DNA of 64,000 nucleotides from Anaerolineae bacterium (GTDB lineage Bacteria; Chloroflexota; Anaerolineae; Aggregatilineales; UBA3940). The notes beneath the pieces were generated by a model. That model worked only from the letters and a program-made list of their open reading frames with translations. It was not told where the DNA came from and did no database searches. Positions within the stretch are counted from its first letter, which is position 1; every line of letters starts with the position of its first letter. The position numbers and the translations under genes were made by a program. Of the stretch, positions 16,389 through 25,432 are shown in pieces. Where the stretch lies: contig JAFGNO010000093.1 of assembly GCA_016926985.1 (NCBI GenBank), positions 2,933 to 66,932 on the forward strand. The letters run 5' to 3'.

Positions 16389-17669
16389 TTATTCCTGAGT
16401 TACATTACCATCTTCAGAAACCCATAGAAAGCTAAAATTGGCAGCTATTTTGAACCATTGAATCTCCTGCTTCAATCTGTGATAAGTAGGGAAGTCGGGG
16501 AGAGCTACAAAGAGGACCGCTCTACTGTTTTCCTGACGATATCGTATCATGTCATACACTGCAGCCTTAAACCAGTGTCGTGCTTGGGGAGCTAACCTGG
16601 TTCTGACAGTTCCTTTTGGGTAACCCTTCACGGTCACCCAGGCGTTTTGCTCATCAAACACTGCTTCTATATCTTTTCCTCTTTGTCGTGATCTGGTATC
16701 GGCTACTGACCGGATGGTGTATTCATTCAAGACCAGATACTCGACGATGCGAGACTGGATATTACCTTCCCAGAACCACGGTTCTTTTTCAGAATCGCAT
16801 GAATAATTGGCCGTCTCAATTTTCGTTGTATCTCCGATCCAAAAATTAAGAATTTTTCCCTCTCTCTTTTCGCGCTTAACTAATCCTTCTTTAGCTAGAT
16901 CACGACAGATTGAATTTGCTTGCTGTCGAAAGTTAAACCCCAGGTTTAAGGCAAGTTGATCATCATCAAGTCCACCTGAATGGGATTGGAGATGCTCAAT
17001 TACTCGCTCTCGTTGTTTCATCATCAGCTCCTTATCTACAGATTCGGTTGTGATTTTTCCGTTCTCATCTATCCACTTGAAGCAAACGAAGGGTATGTTA
17101 AGAAAGGCTCTTCTCAATAATGAATACCTGCGCCACGCTTCGCAATCAGGTAATGCAATAAAACCAACAGGAGATGAGTGAGAGAGAAAAGAATTGTTAT
17201 ATAAGTCGGAGATGCAATCGAATATTTCAACTACTTCAAACATACTATCAATCTGACATCCATGCTTTTCATTCGATGAATCTAGGTTATCCACCCTAAA
17301 CCCACGGTTTAGTTTACAGCCAACCACAAAGACTTCAAAATAAGGTATTCTTGAAGAACCAACAATCATACGGTATATTGGAAAACTGGCAGGTTGCCAA
17401 AAATCAGTTACCTGGTATCCGTTTTCCAAGAAAGAGAGCCTTAGTCTATTACGCAAACCTCCGACAGAATACCATAGGGGATTATGCAGATCCCCACTCC
17501 AATAGTACCTGATTCCAGAACTGTGAACCTCATGATGAATGTACTCTGGGTCTAATTTTTCAATATACATCCTCGCAGCCACTGAGGATATATTGAATTC
17601 CTCAGCAATTTGATCTGCATCAAATCCGCCATATATATTCTGTATGCGATTTTTAATTTTTTCTAACAT
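16389..17669 (-). CDS. two-wHTH protein with C-terminal PD-(D/E)xK-like nuclease domain
   Basis: 426 aa, AT-rich. DADQIAEEFNISSVAARMYIEKL and DDDQLALNLGF..ICRDLAKEGLVKRE (wHTH). C-terminal RQRGKDIEAVFDEQNAWVTVKGYP (D.E...K). Confidence 0.5.
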   Translation of the reverse strand: MLEKIKNRIQNIYGGFDADQIAEEFNISSVAARMYIEKLDPEYIHHEVHSSGIRYYWSGDLHNPLWYSVGGLRNRLRLSFLENGYQVTDFWQPASFPIYRMIVGSSRIPYFEVFVVGCKLNRGFRVDNLDSSNEKHGCQIDSMFEVVEIFDCISDLYNNSFLSHSSPVGFIALPDCEAWRRYSLLRRAFLNIPFVCFKWIDENGKITTESVDKELMMKQRERVIEHLQSHSGGLDDDQLALNLGFNFRQQANSICRDLAKEGLVKREKREGKILNFWIGDTTKIETANYSCDSEKEPWFWEGNIQSRIVEYLVLNEYTIRSVADTRSRQRGKDIEAVFDEQNAWVTVKGYPKGTVRTRLAPQARHWFKAAVYDMIRYRQENSRAVLFVALPDFPTYHRLKQEIQWFKIAANFSFLWVSEDGNVTQE

Positions 17670-18035
17670 GAGAGAATACCTTCAATACTAAATATTCTTT
17701 CAAATCAAAATCCCACGTCGACTAGAATTTAGCATGCCTCAATTTTTCCTAATAAAACTAACGGTTGTAGCTGAACCCAAAAAACGTAACTTGGTATTGT
17801 TCCCTCCAAATGTATCACTTTTTATTAATCCGTCCTATAAAAACGGAGGTTTGAAGGGATTTTTTCAGCGTAACCCAAATCTCAAATAACGGGCTTAAAC
17901 ACGAAAAGGGTCGTAAGGCAGACTTCCTTTATCCATTTCTTGATGAGGGTTCCATTCAGAAAGCTCTACCACACTTCTCGCTGTTTCTGCAGAAAAGCTC
18001 ATGGTTACGGATACCTGGAAACATGGTTCACTTCC

Positions 18036-18329
18036 TCAGAACGGAATGGGCAGGCAATAGGCTTCCGCGATGGCCTTCTCGGAGCTGATCCCTTTCCGGT
18101 CTCCCAGCCGGCACACTTCCAGGATCAGACAATACAAATCGTCGGTATCCTGGACATGCTCCATCAGCTCGTGCAGGGTGAATTTGCCCATGCTGCAGGG
18201 TTCCGGCGAATGGCTGTGACACTCCGGGCAAAGACCCTGCGAAGCGATGGGATAGACGGTTCCGCATGTGCACTGGGTCATGAACGGTTCCCCGGCGCAG
18301 TAGTGCTCGTAGTCTGTTGTGTATTTCAT
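18036..18329 (-). CDS. Cys-rich (zinc-ribbon-like) hypothetical protein
   Basis: 97 aa from MKYTTDYEHYC with AGGAGA RBS. CTCG...CPEC pairs. Confidence 0.55.
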   Translation of the reverse strand: MKYTTDYEHYCAGEPFMTQCTCGTVYPIASQGLCPECHSHSPEPCSMGKFTLHELMEHVQDTDDLYCLILEVCRLGDRKGISSEKAIAEAYCLPIPF

Positions 18330-18399
18330 GGTGTCTCCTGTTGTCATCCGGATCTGTCTCCTGAATTTGCAATACGGCGCCCCTGCAGCTGAGGGGTGC

Positions 18400-18417
18400 C
18401 TTTTCGACGTTGAAAAC
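18400..18417. repeat. 18-bp palindrome family copy 4
   Basis: CTTTTCGACGTTGAAAAC. Intergenic. Preceded by the hairpin CCCCTgcagctgAGGGG. Confidence 0.85.
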
Positions 18418-18427
18418 GGACGCCGGG

Positions 18428-18895
18428 CTAGTTATCAAAATCCATCACAATACGCACATGCGCCGGATCAGGAGAGAGCTTCTTCAAAGCCTCCAGCTCC
18501 GTGAAGTACAAGGACCCAAGGGTCTCTGCCAGGCTGGTCCCGTCCGGCAGGGTCCTGGTGTAGTCCACAGCCAGCAGGTCCGCCAGGGTCATCCAGTTCA
18601 GCGAATGGCTGATGACGCTGGGCCACCAGTTGGCGTACATCGACCGGAAGGAGCTGTCGTCGGGGACAAACAGTTTGCTGGGGAAAAGCCGGGGTGCAGC
18701 GCCGCGGCTTTCGACACCGAACAGGGCAAACATGTCATAGTTGCGCCACCAGAAAACCGCGCAGTCAATGGCTTCGAACGGCTCCAGGCCCTCCACCCTG
18801 CGCTGGTGATAATGGGTACCGGGAATGGGCTCCACCACACACTGCCAGTCTCCGCCGGTTTTCACTTCAACAAATGCATGAATATCACAGCCCAT
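18428..18895 (-). CDS. hypothetical protein
   Basis: 155 aa from MGCDIHAFVEV. GGAGGG RBS. Confidence 0.6.
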   Translation of the reverse strand: MGCDIHAFVEVKTGGDWQCVVEPIPGTHYHQRRVEGLEPFEAIDCAVFWWRNYDMFALFGVESRGAAPRLFPSKLFVPDDSSFRSMYANWWPSVISHSLNWMTLADLLAVDYTRTLPDGTSLAETLGSLYFTELEALKKLSPDPAHVRIVMDFDN

Positions 18896-18926
18896 TGTTC
18901 CCTCCTGGTTGATTGATGAGAACCTT

Positions 18927-19415
18927 TCACCTTGGGGTGTATCCGCGATCCTCTGGCAGGTTGTCACCCCTTGCTGCTGTTCGGGACAGGCTGTCGCACA
19001 GCTCATTGAAGGCGTTCCCGTCATGACCTCGAACCCATTGGAAACGGACGGTCCGATCCTCCACCCGTTTCAGAAGCTGCTCCCACAGATCCCGGTTTTT
19101 CACGGGACGGTAGCCACTCTTCTTCCAGCCTTTGCTCTGCCAGCGCCGGACCCAATCCTTTTCAAAGGCATGTACCAGCAGCTGGCTATCTGTATGCAGC
19201 GCAACTTCCTCCCCAACGGGAACCAGATCCAGCGCCCTGATTGCAGCCATGATTTCCATGCGGTTGTTGGTTGTCATGCGATAGCCCTGGAACAGACGTG
19301 CAACTTCCCTGCTGACGGTGTTCCCATCCTGGTTGTATTCTTCGAACAGGATGGCAGCATATCCGCCGGGGCCCGGATTGCCCAGGCTGCTTCCATCGGT
19401 ATAGATCGTATACAT
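18927..19415 (-). CDS. rnhA: ribonuclease HI
   Basis: MYTIYTDGSSLGNPGPGGYAAIL, TNNRMEIMAAIRAL, HTDSQLLV, VRGHDGNAFNELCD. GGAGGA RBS. Confidence 0.92.
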   Translation of the reverse strand: MYTIYTDGSSLGNPGPGGYAAILFEEYNQDGNTVSREVARLFQGYRMTTNNRMEIMAAIRALDLVPVGEEVALHTDSQLLVHAFEKDWVRRWQSKGWKKSGYRPVKNRDLWEQLLKRVEDRTVRFQWVRGHDGNAFNELCDSLSRTAARGDNLPEDRGYTPR

Positions 19416-19568
19416 GTCAATCCTCCAATCCTTGAAGATGGCGTCCATCCTGTGAACGCAAGACAGGCATGCCGGAAGGCACCCTGGAAGCTGCCTATCC
19501 GTTCTGCGGGCAGGTTGAGGTACTGGTGGAATACGCAGGCAGAGGATGCCTGCAAAGCCAGGGCGCTC

Positions 19569-19586
19569 CTTTTCGACGTCGAAATC
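19569..19586. repeat. 18-bp palindrome family copy 5
   Basis: CTTTTCGACGTCGAAATC (non-coding region). Confidence 0.9.
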
Positions 19587-20085
19587 TGCGCCGGTTCACA
19601 GCCTGGGCCCGTAGAGAGAGAGGACAGACTGCAACCCGGTTGCCCCCCTGCTCCCTCCGGGTGCCTGTTCCAGCTCCTTTGGATGCCTTCCGGCCTGATC
19701 CCAAGAAGAAGCAAGGCGCCCGTCCTGTCCCTCCCAAACCCATAGAAAGGAACGTGCCCGGCTCCCGGCTGAGCCGGAAGACCGCAGGGAGGGGAGCGAT
19801 CTCGATCGCAGTGCCAGCCCACCGGGAGACCGCTTCCACGTCGTGATCCATTCCGTCCCGGCTCCACATGGATGTCAAACGTACCACGCCTCCCCTTCCC
19901 CGCAACGCCGTCTGCGGGTCCCAAAGGGTTCCCGTAGAGGGCTGGCAGGGCCGGTGAAGACAGCACCAGGGTGTATGACATGGCGTCCGCCCCACCCGGC
20001 AGTCCCGATCGTCCTAACCACCTTACTCCCCTGCCTACGCCCGGTTTTGCGGGACTAGACTGCACGGTTCCCATATTGGGATGTC

Positions 20086-20103
20086 CTTTTCGGCGTCGAA
20101 AAC
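20086..20103. repeat. 18-bp palindrome family copy 6
   Basis: CTTTTCGGCGTCGAAAAC (non-coding region). Confidence 0.85.
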
Positions 20104-20210
20104 GGGGAGGGGTGTGGGGAGACTGTCCACCCAGGGACCTTATCCGGCGTATTCGAGCGGGTGCCCTGCAAAAGCGGCTCACTCCACCATGGGGACGAGC
20201 GAGACGCCAC

Positions 20211-20246
20211 AAAAAGGGGGGAGACCGCACCTGTGTGCGGTCTCCC
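20211..20246 (-). terminator. rho-independent terminator after the 483-aa gene
   Basis: GGGAGACCGCAC-acag-GTGCGGTCTCCC (12 bp) followed on the minus strand by CCCTTTTTG. Confidence 0.8.
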
Positions 20247-20252
20247 TGCGGA

Positions 20253-21704
20253 TCACAGGACGGTGAGCAGCTCGGAGCCCCAGCCTCTGGACTGGAGCAG
20301 TTCGACCAGCTTTCCGCGTTTGTCCTGGCTGAGCCTGAAGCCTTCATTCTGTGCGATCAGTCCGGCCACCCGGTAGGTCACGACCCGGTCGGCGTCTCCG
20401 TGTTTGATGCGCAGTCCATGCGGAAGGACGCCGGTGATCTCTTTGGACTGGGAAGAGGCGATCTCCCCGGCGGCACGGGCGGCCACGTAGAAAGCCCGGC
20501 CTGCCGTCTTGCGGTCAGCGCCGTGCATCTTTGCCTGGAGGTAGGCTTCGTAGCCAGCTTTGGAGGTGCGCGATCGCCAGAACTCCCAGGCAAGGTCGGT
20601 CGCGGACTTCTTTCCGTCATCCGTACTGTACAGCGGTGCGCCGGCCAGGACAGCCTGGATGTAACCTTCGACCCAGTAGCGGGAACGGACGACAGAGGTG
20701 TCGTCAACGTCCATCGTGTCAAGATACTCCCGGAGCATGGCATCGGCGGTATCCGCGATCTCCTGCTGCCGGGGTTCGCCCAGATGGACACCGGGGCGCC
20801 CATCCCGATCGAGGTCGAGATCCTCCAGGATTTCATCCACCGTCAGACCATTGGAACAGAGGATCTGGGCCCCGTTTTCGACATCGAAACAGAACCCGTG
20901 CTGAAACCGGGAGAACATTTCAGCGATATCTTCCGGCTCATACTTCCAGACCATGGACTGCAGAGACGCAAGGAACTGTTCAGCTTCCGCTGAGTTTTGT
21001 ACCCTGCGCCGGATACGCGGGATCTCATAGGGAAACCCCATCTTGCCGACACGGGACCGTGCGTGTTCAATCTCCTGATCGATCCTGCGCCGGAGCGCCT
21101 GCACATCCGCACGCATCTCGATCCCGAGATCCGCAATCTGGGAGGTGTATTCAGGAAGCAGGCTCTCCGGCAGGTAGCCGCGATCATCATCGGGTAAGAA
21201 GTCATCGTCCTCGCTGCCGATATAGTCCCGGTTGGCAGCGATGAATTGTGCGTTGAGTTCATCGGTTGGATATGGCCGGCGTTCATACAGGTAGCGGGTC
21301 CAGTCCGAGACCGGGAGAGACTGCCGGTTCTTCCTGCGAATATCCGGGTCATCCAGTTCGTCCTCAATCTCCTGTTCATCGTCAATCAGCTCCCCGGTGT
21401 AGCTGTCCAGCCAGCGCCGCTCCTCCACCTCAGACAAGGGTCCCGTTTGCTGATAGGTAAGGGTCCGCACAGCCTGCTGCAAAGCCATCGTATGCAGCGG
21501 CTGGACCACGCGGGTCTGTCGCAGCAGGGGCAGATGCTTGCGGGCCAGGTCCGCCCAGGTCGCCTCAATCAGGCCGGCTTTTTTGTCAGCGATATCCTGC
21601 CGGGCATGGATCAGCGCCGCGGGTTCCAGCATGATCCCGGTCCTGTCTTCAGAGTGGTACGGAAGGCTGATCGCAGTCCGGGTTCCATCCATTTTCTCAG
21701 TCAT
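20253..21704 (-). CDS. large hypothetical early protein
   Basis: 483 aa from MTEKMDG (GGGAGAG RBS). Acidic and coiled regions. No motif recognised. Contains palindrome copy 7 (CFDVEN). Confidence 0.65.
   Translation of the reverse strand: MTEKMDGTRTAISLPYHSEDRTGIMLEPAALIHARQDIADKKAGLIEATWADLARKHLPLLRQTRVVQPLHTMALQQAVRTLTYQQTGPLSEVEERRWLDSYTGELIDDEQEIEDELDDPDIRRKNRQSLPVSDWTRYLYERRPYPTDELNAQFIAANRDYIGSEDDDFLPDDDRGYLPESLLPEYTSQIADLGIEMRADVQALRRRIDQEIEHARSRVGKMGFPYEIPRIRRRVQNSAEAEQFLASLQSMVWKYEPEDIAEMFSRFQHGFCFDVENGAQILCSNGLTVDEILEDLDLDRDGRPGVHLGEPRQQEIADTADAMLREYLDTMDVDDTSVVRSRYWVEGYIQAVLAGAPLYSTDDGKKSATDLAWEFWRSRTSKAGYEAYLQAKMHGADRKTAGRAFYVAARAAGEIASSQSKEITGVLPHGLRIKHGDADRVVTYRVAGLIAQNEGFRLSQDKRGKLVELLQSRGWGSELLTVL
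20874..20891. repeat. 18-bp palindrome family copy 7
   Basis: GTTTTCGACATCGAAACA (inside the 483-aa gene). Confidence 0.85.
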
Positions 21705-21966
21705 TTTGGCTTCTCTCCCTTTCAGAAAGTGCTCACTCAGCCATGGACGCGAGGGGGTCTGTCTGCACGCGGAGGAAGGCGCGATCCGGTTTCTTGGAAC
21801 CGAAAGCCTGCATGCATACAGTGGCCCGCAAGATCCCATTTCTTGGGACCTGGGTTGCATCTCCCCTCACCGTGTGGTTCATCGCCTGGCCCTTTCGGAG
21901 GCTGAAAAAGGCAAGAGCGGGACACGCTTTTCGTCCCGCATCTTGCCGTTCCGTGGACGCACACAG

Positions 21967-21997
21967 AAAAAAAGGGCCAGGAACCCGAAGGCTCCTG
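21967..21997 (-). terminator. rho-independent terminator after ssb
   Basis: Minus strand reads CAGGAGCC-ttcg-GGTTCCTG, then GCCC and a T7 run. Confidence 0.7.
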
Positions 21998-22021
21998 ACC
22001 CTGTCAGGGAGGACGTTCTGC

Positions 22022-22402
22022 CTAGAAGGGAATTTCCTCCGTCTCGGTCTCTGCCTGACCGTTGCCAGTGCCCAGGAAGCGCACCGTATCGGCATTGACC
22101 TCGAACGAGGCAGCCCAGGTCCCATCGTTGCGCTGCCATACGCGTGGATTGCCATTTTCATCTGTGACGAGGCGGCCTTCCACCAGGATCTGGCGGCCCT
22201 TGCTGAGATACTGCTGGCACGCTTCGGCCTGCTTGCCCCAGACCGAGATCCGGAACCAGGTCGTTTCCTTGACCTGCTGCCCGTCCTTGGTATAGGTGCG
22301 ATTGGTCGCCAGGGACATGTTCGTCACCGGGGTGCCGGCCTCGGTATAGCGCATTTCCGGGTCCTTGCCGAGGTTGCCAACCAGCGTAAGTTTCTGATGC
22401 AT
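22022..22402 (-). CDS. ssb: single-stranded DNA-binding protein
   Basis: OB-fold pattern KLTLVGNLGKDPEMRYT...WFRISVWGKQAE. Acidic tail ending EEIPF. Confidence 0.93.
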   Translation of the reverse strand: MHQKLTLVGNLGKDPEMRYTEAGTPVTNMSLATNRTYTKDGQQVKETTWFRISVWGKQAEACQQYLSKGRQILVEGRLVTDENGNPRVWQRNDGTWAASFEVNADTVRFLGTGNGQAETETEEIPF

Positions 22403-22492
22403 GTTTACACGCTCCTAGAATGAGGTTTCTGATGGGAACCCACCAGTTCAGGGAGAAAAGCGCCGTAAGGCACCTTTCTCCAGGTTATCTTT

Positions 22493-22524
22493 ATTATACT
22501 ACATTTGGTGTACAACTGTTACAG
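22493..22524 (-). promoter_or_regulatory. putative ssb promoter: TATAAT preceded by a CTGTAACAG palindrome at the -35 position
   Basis: Minus strand reads CTGTAACAGTTGTACACCAAATGTAGTATAAT. It shares TGTAACAGTTGT and TTGTACACC with the 5660-5707 control region. Confidence 0.45.
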
Positions 22525-22737
22525 ATACTTCTCAAGCGGATGCGGTTCCCCAAACTCCATACGGTCGTAGGTGTCGGGACGCTCCGCCATCCGGCGCACC
22601 AGGAAGCGGCGCCCCTGCCACTCAACCAGCGCTTCTTCTGCCTGCGCAAGCGAGCGCTGAATAGCCGGCACGATCGCCGGCGCTTCCTGCAGGATGGTGC
22701 GATGAATGCGGTCGGGAAAGCGGGCGACGATCTTCAT
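22519..22737 (-). CDS. hypothetical protein
   Basis: 72 aa. ATGA overlap with the upstream gene. Confidence 0.55.
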   Translation of the reverse strand: MKIVARFPDRIHRTILQEAPAIVPAIQRSLAQAEEALVEWQGRRFLVRRMAERPDTYDRMEFGEPHPLEKYL

Positions 22738-22949
22738 GCCGATCTCTCAAAGACGTGCAGGAAGGTGCGTCCATTGTTGGTGAAGACATGAATGCGGTGA
22801 TCAGCCCCGAAGCGGCGCGCGAGCTGGAGGATGTTCTGCTCCTCGACGGACGCAGGCGCAAACTTCGCGTCCTCCGTACGCTGCATGAGCGGAGACATCG
22901 CTTTTCCGACGATCCTCTGAGCAAAGATAAGTTTCGGTTCCGAATTCAT
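22734..22949 (-). CDS. hypothetical protein
   Basis: 71 aa from MNSEPKLIF. AAGGAG RBS 8 nt upstream. Confidence 0.55.
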   Translation of the reverse strand: MNSEPKLIFAQRIVGKAMSPLMQRTEDAKFAPASVEEQNILQLARRFGADHRIHVFTNNGRTFLHVFERSA

Positions 22950-23019
22950 TTTCAAACTCCTTTTCAAGAAAGATTTGGAAACGCAGGCAAAAGGGCGCCG
23001 GCAGGCACCCTCTCAGCAG

Positions 23020-23247
23020 CTACGACCGGGACCCCTCCACCGCAGAAAGCTCCCTCGAATACAGCGGCGGAGGAACCCGGTAGCAGCTGCATTCCCAGCC
23101 ATCCCCGCGGGCAGAAGAGAACATCCTCCTGCCGCAGCGCCGGCAGCAGGGTCTCCGGTCCGGTTTGGCCGGTGCCACAGTTGGCTTCTGTGGAATGCGG
23201 TTTTCGATGTCGGAAACGAACCGCGCCATCAATGCCTCTCGATTCAT
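23020..23247 (-). CDS. possible small Cys-rich protein
   Basis: 75 aa from MNREALMARF with GGGAGG RBS. Contains CCRRCG...CSC. Composition is borderline. Contains palindrome copy 8. Confidence 0.3.
   Translation of the reverse strand: MNREALMARFVSDIENRIPQKPTVAPAKPDRRPCCRRCGRRMFSSARGDGWECSCYRVPPPLYSRELSAVEGSRS
23200..23217. repeat. 18-bp palindrome family copy 8
   Basis: GTTTTCGATGTCGGAAAC. Confidence 0.85.
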
Positions 23248-23587
23248 GCGAACCTCCCATTTCAAGCGATTTGGGAAAGTACGCGCCGCAAGGCATCCCG
23301 GCCAGCCCCTCCTCAAAATCACCGGGGCCACCATGATCCTGGGAACCAGGCTCCCTCACCCCCCTCCGCCATGGACGCAGGCAGAAGCAGGAGGCCCAGC
23401 CGGGCGGTGTTTGTGTCTTCCCTGCTGGGACGTGCGCTGCCCTGTGACGCTGCATCGTCTGGCTGTCTGCGATCGGGAACGCCGCAGCACGACCGGGCAG
23501 GACAGGCTTCCCGTCCTGCTCCGGGAGGGCAAGGCGTGTCCTGCCTGCCGGAAAAAAAGAAAACAGAACAACCAGGGCGCCCACCAC

Positions 23588-23619
23588 AAAAAAAGCCAGA
23601 CACCCGGAGGCGCCTGGCT
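23588..23619 (-). terminator. rho-independent terminator
   Basis: Minus-strand RNA: AGCCAGGCGCC-UCCG-GGUGUCUGGCU (with G-U pairs) followed by U7. Confidence 0.7.
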
Positions 23620-23626
23620 CTTGGTG

Positions 23627-23779
23627 CTATGCGGTCTCAAGGGCTGCAAGATCGCATTCCACTTCGAAGATCTCATCCTCAAGGGCTGCGATCTCCACAC
23701 GGTCTCCCTGCTCCAACTGGCACGCCAGCTGAAGCAGGAGATCCTCCATCCGCTGAGCGAGGTAGGCATGCTCAGTCAT
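23627..23779 (-). CDS. small acidic hypothetical protein (below the ORF-track cutoff)
   Basis: 50 aa, MTEHAYLAQRMEDLLLQLACQLEQGDRVEIAALEDEIFEVECDLAALETA. Overlaps the upstream gene by 8 nt. A terminator follows. Confidence 0.45.
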   Translation of the reverse strand: MTEHAYLAQRMEDLLLQLACQLEQGDRVEIAALEDEIFEVECDLAALETA

Positions 23780-24098
23780 CGAAGCACCCTCCCTCCGCCT
23801 CGTACTCGACTATCTCCTCAAGCCGAAGATCCCTGACTGCTTCGAGCTCCTGCTCGTAGAGATCCTGCAGGCTGAGATGGTCGTGGTTGTCCGGAACCGA
23901 AAGGTCCTGCAGCACAGCCTTTGCCTCGGCAACCTGCATCGCTGCAAAGGCCAGATCTCCGATTGGAAGGACCTTGTAGGATGCTTGCAGGTAGGCGATG
24001 TGATCCTTGACATCTGCGATGGTCTGCAGATCGAGGAAGTACGCCTTCGCTTCGTCTTCCAGCGCAGCGATCTCCTCCACAGCATGGTCTGACTTCAT
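23772..24098 (-). CDS. hypothetical acidic protein
   Basis: 108 aa from MKSDHAVEE. GGGAGG RBS 8 nt upstream. Confidence 0.55.
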   Translation of the reverse strand: MKSDHAVEEIAALEDEAKAYFLDLQTIADVKDHIAYLQASYKVLPIGDLAFAAMQVAEAKAVLQDLSVPDNHDHLSLQDLYEQELEAVRDLRLEEIVEYEAEGGCFDD

Positions 24099-24603
24099 GG
24101 GTAGCACCTCCCAGTGCACAGGATTTGCTGACCCAGGGGTCGTCAGGCACCCACACCCTCACGCGGAGTGAGCAAACAAGCTCGATAGACGCTGTGCATG
24201 CGCAGGAGGACCAGCGCAGTTTCAAAAGGGCGGTGCAGGAGCCGCCGCGAACCCGACCCTCCCCCCGCCCTCCCCCCGTCATGAAAGCTGCCCTGTGTGA
24301 CGCGGGAGATCAAGAGAGACGGGTGTACCGTTCACTTCATTCAAATCATAGAAGCGCGGTCTAACCCCCTCCCCTCGACAGATTGAAAACCATCTGTACG
24401 TTTGTCAACGCCGGACCGGGAAGTGCCGACAGCCTGAGACGGAACAAAATGCAGGGAGGAAGAAGAAACAGGGCTGGCGCCCCACCCCTCCGGGCAGGGT
24501 TCCTGGGAGGGACATCCGGCACAAATACCTGGCATATCATCTGAATACCAGGCTGACTGGCCTGTTTTACGTGAGAGCTAGGAGAAGAAATGGGGGAACA
24601 ACA

Positions 24604-24626
24604 AAGCTGCCCGTGATGGGCAGCTT
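24604..24626 (-). terminator. stem-loop downstream of the LysM gene
   Basis: AAGCTGCCC-gtgat-GGGCAGCTT (9 bp). The T-tract is weak. Confidence 0.4.
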
Positions 24627-24650
24627 CTGTTTCATTGAACCTTGAAAAGC

Positions 24651-24869
24651 TCAGTCCAGTTTGGGAATTCTCAATTTCTGGCCGGGTTGAAGGGCATTGG
24701 GATTATCGCCGATAACCGCTTTGTTGGCGTTGTAAATCTTCATCCACTTTTCGCGGTCGCCTGACTTGTAATACTCTAGAGCGATAGCACTCAAAGTGTC
24801 TCCCTTCTTGACTGTGTAAGTACCCAGGAAGGCGGCGCCTTTCTTATCCTCGTGCTCAATTATAGGCAT
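24651..24869 (-). CDS. LysM-domain protein
   Basis: YTVKKGDTLSAIALEYY...NPNALQPGQKLRIP is a canonical LysM. Confidence 0.85.
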   Translation of the reverse strand: MPIIEHEDKKGAAFLGTYTVKKGDTLSAIALEYYKSGDREKWMKIYNANKAVIGDNPNALQPGQKLRIPKLD

Positions 24870-25342
24870 GATCCTTCTCCTTTCATGCGGCCAATCTATT
24901 CCACGAACCGTATCTACGATTACCCCGATTATACATCACCGATATGGTCAGGGAAAAACCCTGGAAGAAAGGCTTCTTTTTGAACTTTCTGCGTCCGGTT
25001 TTAATGAGTTGGAAGTCAAGCTGCAAACTCATTGTCCATGGATCAAAAGTGGCATTCAGTAGTACCTTGGTACTGTTGAGGGCCTTTTAATTTGCAGGCA
25101 TTTTTTGAAAACGGTACCCTTAAAAAGGCGTCCTATTCACCCACACAGGACTGTTCTCCGCAGCCAGGACGCCTCTCTCCAAATCTCTCCTGATCATAGA
25201 CAAGATTCTTAAGGCACCTTGGTCAAACCTGATCAGGTGTGCGATCCACAGCACGCTCCCCCTCATCAGCGTGTCCGTTCTGCTTCTCCCGGAAGGAATA
25301 CCCGAAGAATGGTTTAGTTGTGCTCCATATTTTCCTTTATTG

Positions 25343-25371
25343 TTGCACATACAGAACATTTGTGCTATACT
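25343..25371 (+). promoter_or_regulatory. promoter of the rightward holin-like/HNH/TerL block (TTGCAC-17-TATACT with TGn)
   Basis: TTGCACATACAGAACATTTGTGCTATACT. Confidence 0.6.
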
Positions 25372-25432
25372 CCCCGTGTTGGTGCCCCCTGCACCGGATG
25401 ATCCCCACGCTAATCAATCGAGAGGAGTTGCC

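Noticed and set aside
18707-18724. GCTTTCGACACCGAACAG, a degenerate palindrome candidate
   Set aside because: Five or more mismatches, including both central bases. Not counted among the 16.
19274-20347. 357-aa leftward ORF covering the non-coding gap
   Set aside because: Arg/Gly/Pro/Ser-rich. It overlaps the RNase H 5' end, a strong terminator and the 3' end of the 483-aa gene. The region is treated as non-coding (see finding).
22519-22949. ATGA-coupled 71-aa and 72-aa genes considered as a toxin-antitoxin pair
   Set aside because: No recognisable toxin or antitoxin motif. Coupled small genes are ordinary in phage early regions.
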